The translations under genes were made by a program, and so were the position numbers. A stretch of 64,000 nt of DNA from Octopus vulgaris (Eukaryota): assembly GCA_951406725.2 (NCBI GenBank), contig CATOCA020000004.1, positions 124,001 to 188,000 of the forward strand, written 5' to 3'. Below the pieces are notes generated by a model that was given only the letters and a program-made list of their open reading frames with translations, was not told where the DNA came from and ran no database searches. Shown here piece by piece: positions 54,428 through 64,000 of the stretch; position 1 is the stretch's first letter; every line of letters begins with the position of its first letter.

Positions 54428-55258
54428 CTAGTTTCAGCTCACGAGCTGTGGCCACGCTGGGGCACCGCCATTCGGTGTTGCTACATGATTTTACTTCACG
54501 AATGATTTTTAGCAATTGCCATTTGGTGCATGAGAGAGTTCGATGCAGCTGCCCTCATCTGCACCTCCTGCCGTGAATTTGGTTCATCTGGGATACCTGA
54601 CAGGAAGAGATCCAGTTTTATTTTAAAGACATCTGCATCCACCCCATGCAGGTCTCTCAGGTCCTTCGGGAGGTCATTGAAGAGCTGTGGGCCTCTGAAG
54701 CCCAGGCTATCACACTATCTTGTCCTACATCTTGATGGCAAATTTGGAGTCCTTGGTACTATGTGGAGTCCTATGGCACTATGTATATGTATATATGTAT
54801 ATGTGTATATATGCTGGGGCACCGCCATTCGATGTTGCTATATGATTTTACTTCACGAATGCTCTTTAGCAATTGCCATTTGGTGCGTGAGAGAGTTCGA
54901 TGCAGCTGCCCTCATCTACACCTCCTGCCGTGAAGTTGGTTCATCTGGGACACCTGACAGGAAGAGATCCAGTTTTATTTTAAAGACATCTGCATCCACC
55001 CCATGCAGGTCTCTCAGGTCCTTCGGGGGGATACTGAAGAGCTGTGGACCTCAGAAGCCCAGGCTATCACAGTATCTTGTCCTACATCTTGATGGCAAAT
55101 TTGGAGTCCTAACTTCAGTATTTTAAAGACATCTGCATCCACCCCATGCAGGTCTGTCAGGTCCTTCGGGCGGATATTCAAGAGCTGTGGACCTCTGAAG
55201 CCCAGGCTATCACAGTATCTTGTCCTACATCTTGATAGCAAATTTGGAGTCCTAAATT
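54428..55258 (-). mobile_element. Reiterated 3' fragments of a diverged CR1-group subfamily
   Basis: Three overlapping units, about 54428-54762, 54812-55112 and 55118-55255. Confidence 0.85.
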
Positions 55259-55769
55259 CAGTATTTCACTAATGCGAGGAATATTGGCTGCTATTTCTAG
55301 CCGGTGTTCCGAATGAATGGTGGTCCCGTCCTTCGTTTCAGTTGCTATTTTTACAACTGTTGACATCGTAAATATTGCTGTTGTTGCTTTTGTTAAAAGC
55401 TGTTGTCGTTGTCAGAGTTCTTATTTGTGTTAACATGGTTGTTGTTGTTGTCGTTATTGTCATTGTTATTCTATTAATGATTAATATAAGGTGGTCTTGT
55501 TCGACTTGTTCTACACGTTATAATTGTTGTCGCTGTTGCTGTTGTTGTTGTTGTCTGTGTAGCTGCTGCTGCTGCTGCTGCTACGAGCGGTGTCCTTGTG
55601 ATTTGGTAATGCGTCATACTATCTCTTTTGTACACACACACACACACACACAGTTGTAAACAAATACATACATACATGACTTGTGTGTGTGTGTGTGCAT
55701 TGCACGTTCGCGAACACAAACTCACTCACATACACAAATGTGTGTATGTATATGTTTATATACTAATAT

Positions 55770-56705
<936 letters not shown>

Positions 56706-57119
56706 TAGGAATATATGCACAAACACACGATTACTACAGACACTTGTGTGTTTGTTTATAACTCTCTCCACGCCTCATTAAATCCTTTCATTTACGAAAA
56801 TTGGCAGAACACGAACCGTGATCCCCCACCCCCACCGTCATCACCACCACCTCCCTTACCTACTACTACTACTACTACTACTACTACTATTATTACTACT
56901 ACTACTACTACACCATCATCAACTCAGACTTAGCCACCCACGACACCCCCCACCATCTGACACCCAACCGTGCCGACCCTCCTCGCACCCGCACCTCCCA
57001 CCTCCCCACCAAACTCACCCCCACCCACCCACACACTTTTGAGTAATTGATTACGTAAACACCTCTACCCTTCAACCTTTACCCTCTTCAACGACAGCCC
57101 CGCCTTTCACTGTTCTAGG

Positions 57120-57871
57120 GATGACGATGGCGGTGATGGCGGCGGTGATGATGATGTGAGGATAATGATGATGGCGGCGGCGGTGGTGGTGGTGGTGGTG
57201 GTGGTGGTGGCGATGCTGGTGGTGATGATGATTGGGTCGGTGGTGGCGGTGGTGGTGGCAATGGTGGTGATGATGTTTGCGAAGGTGAGAGTGTCGATGT
57301 TGGTGATGATGGTGATGATGGCGGCGGTGGTGATCCTGTGTTGATGATAGCAATGATGATGATAGAGGTGATGATGATGATGATGATGATGGTGATGATT
57401 ATGGTGATGATGATGATGGTGATGATGATGATGGTGGTGATGATGGTGAAAATGATGGTGATGATTATGGTGATGATGATGATGATGATAATGATGATGG
57501 TGATGACGATGGTGATGATGATGGTGATGATGATGATGATGATGATGATGACGATGGTGATGATGATGATGATGGTGATGATGGTGGTGATGGTGATGAT
57601 GATGATGATAATGATGATAATGGTGATGATGATGATGATGATGATAATGATGATGATGTGATGATGGTGAAAATGATGGTGATGATTATGGTGATGATGA
57701 TAATGGGAATGGTGATGACGATGGTGGTGATGATGATGATGGTGATGATGATGATGGTGATGACGATGATGATGATGGTGGTGGTGATGGTGATGATGAT
57801 CATGATGGTGATGATAGTGAAAATGATGGTGGTGATGATGATGATAATGGTGATGATGGTGATGATGGTGG

Positions 57872-57902
<31 letters not shown>

Positions 57903-58070
57903 GATGATGGTGATGATGTTAGCAGCGGTGATAATATAAATGAAAATCACGGCTTTGCTGTTAATGAGAAAGATTACAATTATGATGATGATGTTGATGA
58001 TGGTGGTGGTGGTAGTGGTGGGTGTGATGTTGACAGCAATGATGGCGATGATGATGATGATGATGATTGT
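57120..58070. repeat. (GAT/GGT)n trinucleotide array
   Basis: Direct inspection. Confidence 0.95.
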
Positions 58071-58563
58071 ATCGCTAATTACATTAATTATTGTTTATAA
58101 TGGAATCCGTTAGGATGATGTCTAAAGAGAGTCACAAAACGATTCCTGTATTAAGGCAGGATATTTTGAGGGGTGGGGCAAGGCAATTACATCGCCCCCT
58201 TTACTTGACTGTTACTTATTTCAACGACTTTCGGGATCGATAAATTAAGTCCCAGTTGTATACTGGGGTCGATCTAATCAGCTGGACCCCTCCCACAAAA
58301 TTTCGAGCCTTGGGCCTAGAGGAGAAAAGAATTTGTTTCATTCATAAGACGGCGGCCATATTAGGTCGACCCCAGTCTACCATACTTGTTTAAGGTGTCT
58401 CGCAGTGCAACCGAACCCAGGACCCTTCAGTCGGGAAGCAAATTTCTTTGCACACACCCACGGCCGCGCCTATCAATTTATGATCAAATTCCGATCAAGC
58501 ATTAGACATAATTCGTTCCCAGATCTTTGGCGGGGATTTTGTTCATGGAAATAGGTACACAGT

Positions 58564-58949
58564 GGAGGCGCAATGGCCCAGTGGTTAGGGCAGCGGACTC
58601 GCGGTCGTAGGATCGCGGTTTCGATTCCCAGACCGGGCGTTGTGAGTGTTTATTGAGCGAAAACACCTAAAAGCTCCACGAAGCTCCGGCAGGGGATGGT
58701 GGTGATCCCTGCTGTACTCTTTCACCACAACTTTCTCTCACTCTTACTTCCTGTTTCTGTTGTACCTGTATTTCAAGGGGCCGGCCTTGTCACTCTCTGT
58801 GTCACGCTGAATACCCACGAGAACTACGTTAAGGCTACACGTGTCTGTGGAGTGCTCAGCCACTTACACGTTAATTTCACGAGCAGGCTGTTCCGTTGAT
58901 TCGGATCAACCGGAACACTCGTCGTCGTAACCGATGGAGTGCTTCCATC
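58564..58949 (+). mobile_element. SINE family C, full length with 11-bp TSD
   Basis: TSD AGGTACACAGT at 58553-58563 and 58950-58960. Confidence 0.95.
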
Positions 58950-58999
58950 AGGTACACAGTACGAATCATCGTCACCACCCGCAGCGGATCAAAACCTAC

Positions 59000-59087
59000 A
59001 TATTTGCTCCGATTTGTTCGCCAGGCCCTGTTGTTCGAGGACCGGTTTCCATAGCAAGCTGAAGGTTTGCTAACTCCTCCTCGTGAC
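59000..59087 (-). CDS. Putative exon of gene 2 (RSRGGVSKPSACYGNRSSNNRAWRTNRSKY)
   Basis: Unique GC-balanced island; acceptor ttcaaag, donor TAT|gtaggt; phase 2 to 0. A second frame is also open. Confidence 0.5.
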
Positions 59088-59254
59088 CTTTGAACTTTGA
59101 GGAACGGCCATCATCACATTTCAACAACATGGATATGAGAACATCCGAGAACAGAATAAAAGAGGAGATTTACTTTGGATAGATATTATGACGTCATCAA
59201 CTGCTCAACTTTTGATGGGAAGATAAACTATTCTTCCTGTTTAGTCTGTTCTCG

Positions 59255-59290
59255 GACACACACACACACACATACATACATATGTGTATG

Positions 59291-59327
<37 letters not shown>

Positions 59328-59445
59328 TTACATATATATATACATACATATATATATACTTACATATATATATATATACTTACATATATATATATACATA
59401 CATATATATATACTTACATATATATATATATACTTACATATATAT

Positions 59446-59476
<31 letters not shown>

Positions 59477-59557
59477 CATATGATTGATTGATTGATTCTA
59501 GTTTCAGCTCATGAGCTGTGGCCACGCTGGGGCACCGGCATTTATATATATATATAC

Positions 59558-59605
<48 letters not shown>

Positions 59606-60162
59606 GTATATACATATATATATACATATATATTTATATGTATATACATATATATATACATATATGTATATACATATATATACATATATGTACATACATA
59701 TATATACATATATATATACATATATATTTATATGTATATACATATATATATATACATATACATACATATATGTATATACATATATATACATATATGTATA
59801 TACATATATATACATATATGTATATACATATATATACATATATATATATACATATATATACATACATATATATATACATGTATATATATACATATATATA
59901 TACATATATATATACATATATATACATATATATTTATATGTATATACATATATATATATACATACATATATATACATATATATACATACATATATATACA
60001 TATATGTATATATATATACATATATGTATATACATATATATATACATATATATACATACATATATACATATACATATATATATATATATATATACATATA
60101 TATGTATATATATATATATATACATATATGTATATATATATACATATATATATATACTTATA

Positions 60163-60194
<32 letters not shown>

Positions 60195-60202
60195 ACACAC
60201 AG

Positions 60203-60235
<33 letters not shown>

Positions 60236-60280
60236 AGCACACACACATATATGTATGTATGTATATATGTGTGTGTGTGT
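59255..60280. repeat. (TA)n/(TACA)n arrays with a 58-bp CR1 3' tip at 59482-59539
   Basis: Direct inspection. Confidence 0.9.
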
Positions 60281-60281
60281 A

Positions 60282-60507
60282 TTCTTTTATTCTTTGATTC
60301 TTTTATCCGTTTCAGTCATTTTGACTGCGGCCATGCTGGAGCACCGCCTGTAGTCGAGCAAATCGACCCCAGGACTTATTCTTTGTAAGCTTAGTACTTA
60401 TTATATCGGTCTCTTGTGCCGAACCGCTAAGTTACGGGGACATACACACACCAGCATCGATATCAAGCGATGTTGGGACACACACACAAACGCACACAGA
60501 CAGACAG

Positions 60508-60563
<56 letters not shown>

Positions 60564-60720
60564 ATATATACGACGGGCTTCTTTCAGTTTCCGTCTACCA
60601 AATCCACTCACAAGTGTTTGGTCGGCCCGAGGATATAGTAGAAGACACTTGCCCAAGGTACCACGCAGTGGGAATGAACCTGGAACCATGTGGTTAATTA
60701 GCAAGCTACCTACCACACAC
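60282..60720 (-). mobile_element. SINE family A
   Basis: Matches other copies. Confidence 0.85.
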
Positions 60721-60732
60721 TATATATATATA

Positions 60733-60985
60733 TATAGGGGTTGGACAAAATAATGGAAACACCTTAAAATTTCAGACAAATTTATTTTAATATGGGGTAG
60801 AACTGATTTCTCTGAGGTATGGACAAAATTTGAATTGTTTCCAAAGGAATTTTTGTCCATTCTTCAGCTAAAATAGTCTCCAATTCTGGTAGTGATGATG
60901 GTGGAGGTTATCGACTCCTTATTTGTTCAATAATGTTCAATAATATTGAGATCTGGGGACTGTGGTGGCCAGATAAGATATATCA
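60733..60985 (-). mobile_element. Tc1 (DD34E) transposon 3' fragment
   Basis: WPPQSPDLNIIEH..PPPSSLPELETILAEEWTKIP; TIR-like aggggttggacaaaataatggaaacacc. Confidence 0.75.
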
Positions 60986-61118
60986 TTTCCCCAACTTTAG
61001 TCAACACACAAGACAGCTATTATGCTCTCCCCCAGCCCCCACAAAAAACCACCACGTGGATTTTGTTGAGACTAGTAAGAAACAATTATGAACCTTTTTA
61101 TTACAATTAACTTTTTAA

Positions 61119-61171
61119 AATATTTTTGATAAGGTTCGTTTTTTCAAGAAGAACCGAAACATGTAAAATTT
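61119..61171 (+). ncRNA. Degenerate minimal hammerhead motif
   Basis: attt tTGATaA ggttc..gaacc GAAA c-at-GTA aaat; two core substitutions. Confidence 0.45.
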
Positions 61172-61197
61172 CTAAGAAAATTAAAATTTATCTTATA

Positions 61198-61622
61198 TAC
61201 TCTTTTACTCTTTTACTCTTTTACTTGTTTTAGTCATTTGACTGCGGCCATGCTGGAGCACCGCCTTTAGTCAAGCAAATCGACCCCAGGACTTATTCTT
61301 TGTAAGCCCAGTACTTATTCTATCGGTCTCTTTTGCCGAACCGCTAATTGACGGGGACGTAAACACACCAGCATCGGTTGTCAAGCAATGCTAGGGGGAC
61401 AAACACAGACACACAAACACATATACACACATATATATATATATATATATACATATATACGACAGGCTTCTTTCAGTTTCCGTCTACCAAATCCACTCAC
61501 AAGGCATTGGTCGGCCCGGGGCTATAGCAGAAGACACTTGCCCAAGATGCCACGCAGTGGGACTGAACCCGGAACCATGTGGTTGGTTAGCTAGCTACTT
61601 ACCACACAGCCACTCCTGCGCC
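61198..61622 (-). mobile_element. SINE family A, full length
   Basis: Matches other copies. Confidence 0.9.
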
Positions 61623-61742
61623 TATAGTGGCGTTTTCATAAATAAGTTCAGCAAGAATTTAGATTCAGATGAATATGGTACTTAGGTTAAAGGCACCAGA
61701 ATTTGGTATGATATTATCCATATAAATCAAATGGGGTGATTA

Positions 61743-62398
61743 TAATCAAAATAAGCAGCAAAGATATCCAAGGTAGTGTAGTACGAGCGTTTCATGCTAC
61801 TCCATTTAATTAAACAATGTAAGTATTACAACAGTTTTAAAATGTAGAGTGCTCTACATTTTAAAACTGATGTAATACTTTTTTGCCGAACCGCTAAGTG
61901 ACGGGGACGTAAACACACCAGCATCGGTTGTCAAGCAATGCTAGGGGGACAACACACACATACACACACATATATATATGTATACGACAGGCTTCTTTCA
62001 GTTTCTGTCTACCAAATCCACTCACAAGGCATTGGTCAGCCCGGGACTATAGCAGAAGACATTTGCCCAAGATGCCACGCTGTGGGACTGAACCCGGAAC
62101 CATGTGGTTGGTAAACAAGCTACATACCACACAGCCACCCCTGCACCTATACGATGGGCTTCTTTCAGTTTCCATCAACCAAATCCACTCACAAGGCATT
62201 GGTCAGCCCGGGGCTATAGCAGAAGACATTTGCCCAAGATGCCACGCTGTGGGACTGAACCCGGAACCATGTGGTTGGTTAGCAAGCTACTTACCACACA
62301 GCCACTCCTATGCCTTACATTGTTTAATTAAATGAAGTAGCATGAAATGAAACGATTGTACTACACTACATTGGATATCCTTGTTGCTTATTTTGACT
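61743..62398. repeat. Fold-back palindrome centred at 61850, right arm split by tandem SINE A (61881-62313)
   Basis: Left arm 61743-61849 complements 61852-61880 plus 62314-62398. Confidence 0.8.
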
Positions 62399-62412
62399 AC
62401 ATATATATATAT

Positions 62413-62812
62413 ACTCTTTTACTTGTTTCAGTCATTTGACTGCGGCCATGCTGGAGCACCGCCTTTAGTCGAGCAACTCGACCCCGGGACTTATTCTTTG
62501 TAAGCCCAGTACTTATTCTATCGGTCCATTTTGCCGAACCGCTAAGTTACGGGGACATAAACACACCAGCATCGGTTGTCAAGCAATGCTAAGGGGACAA
62601 AAACAGACACACAAACACACACACATATATATATTTATATATATATATATACGACGGGCTTCTTTCAGTTTCCGTCTACCAAATCCACTCACAAGGGTTT
62701 GGTCGGCCCGAGGCTATAGTAGAAGACACTTGCCCAAGATGCCACGCAGTTGGACTGAACCCGGAACCATATGGTTGGTAAACAAGCTACTTACCACACA
62801 GCCACTCCTGCG
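62413..62812 (-). mobile_element. SINE family A, full length
   Basis: Matches other copies. Confidence 0.9.
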
Positions 62813-62880
<68 letters not shown>

Positions 62881-62965
62881 AATCCTACCAAATCCACTCA
62901 CAAGGCTTACTGTGGCACCGAACCGGAAGCCATGTGGCTGCAAAGCGATATTTTAAAACCGAAAC

Positions 62966-63023
62966 CTATGCTTTCGCCCTTCATTCAGAGATCCGTTGAG
63001 GTGTATGTGACCAAAGGACCAGC
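62966..63023 (-). CDS. Putative exon of gene 2 (xWSFGHIHLNGSLNEGRKH)
   Basis: Acceptor gtttttgtttcgccctag, donor TAG|gtttcg; phase 1 to 2 fits exon 59000-59087. Confidence 0.5.
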
Positions 63024-63509
63024 CTAGGGCGAAACAAAAACGCCAGCGAAATGGTAAATACCAGTACAAATGTTTTGATTGTATCAGATGAATGGGTGGG
63101 GGTGTTGACGACGGTGGTGGCGGGTATTGGTGGTGGTGGTGGTGGTGGTGGTGGTGGAGGTAATTGTTATGGGTGGTGGTGGTGGTGGTGGTGGTTCATG
63201 ATGGGGTAATGGTGGTGGAGGTGACAGTGACAGCAGTGGTGATGAAGGTAGTGGTGGTGGTGGTGGGTCGCGGACAATTGGGGGTTTGTCAGTGGGGCAG
63301 GGGACGGGTTTTGGTGAAGATGGCCCTAATAATAAGTGTGTGTGTGTGGGGTAGGTAATCGTCCATGGTGGTGGCGGTGGTGAGGGTGATTATTGTGCTT
63401 ATTGATTACAGGGGGGGGGGCGAGGAAGGAGTGTGGGGCCACGATGGATTGGGGGTTGAAGCGAAACGTTTATCATCGATTTGATGCTAATAACCGGCGC
63501 TATCTTGCC

Positions 63510-64000
63510 CAACACACGCACCACACGCACCACACACTACTCACGCACACATATAGACACATATAGACACGTACGCCATGCTCGCACAACACACACACAC
63601 ACACACACACACTACTACTCACGCACATATACACGCATATATACACACACGCTCACACATACACACGCTTACACAGGTACGCACACATACAAACACCCGC
63701 GTATATACATACACACATGTATACATACATACATGCATACATATATACATACACACACACATACATACATGCATACATACATACACACACACATACATAC
63801 ATACATACATACATACATACATACATACATACATACATACATACATACATACATACACACATACATACAGACATATATTCATATACATACATATAAACAC
63901 AAACATATATATATTCATACATACAGATACATACATACGTACATAAAAACATACATACATACATACATTCATACATACATACTCATGCATACGCACACAT
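63510..64000. repeat. (CA)n/(CATA)n array
   Basis: Direct inspection. Confidence 0.95.

Noticed and set aside
55270-55356. Candidate minus exon VVKIATETKDGTTIHSEH
   Set aside because: No good donor, and it overlaps a family F motif (tagaaatagcagcc).
57085-57116. Candidate minus exon TVKGGAVVEE joined to the alternative frame FKGHEEELANLQLAMETGPR of the 59000 island
   Set aside because: That frame does not fit the 62966-63023 exon and no downstream continuation with good splice sites was found; kept only as an alternative.
58564-58640. tRNA genes (also 5917, 6943, 10330, 35130, 43907)
   Set aside because: tRNA-like heads run into repeated SINE bodies; no complete cloverleaf or T-run terminator seen.

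Overview
Eukaryotic, AT-rich, extremely repeat-dense window. The tRNA-derived SINE families and huge (TA)n/(CA)n/(CAT)n arrays look like an octopus (coleoid cephalopod) genome; this is an inference. Almost all long ORFs in the track are microsatellite artefacts. Supported content: (i) about 45 copies or fragments of four tRNA-headed SINE families, labelled A-D here; (ii) LINE remnants: a CR1-group RT at 40364-41785 with 3' fragments, a second CR1 3' end, RTE, R4/Dong-like, and a Penelope-like GIY-YIG fossil; (iii) Tc1/mariner, hAT, pogo-type and Helentron-type DNA elements; (iv) one 100-N gap; (v) two putative convergent host genes built from small phase-compatible exons, one on + (1406-8928) and one on - (63023-19913), both of unknown product. 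The most striking unexplained signal is about 11 minimal type I hammerhead ribozyme motifs. Two are essentially intact with structure-preserving stem changes. Most lie in short, often fold-back elements in or near (TA)n, and one has a tRNA-derived head. This suggests a diverse Penelope-dependent, retrozyme-like ecosystem. SINE A also shares a covarying 3' stem-loop with the CR1 LINE.
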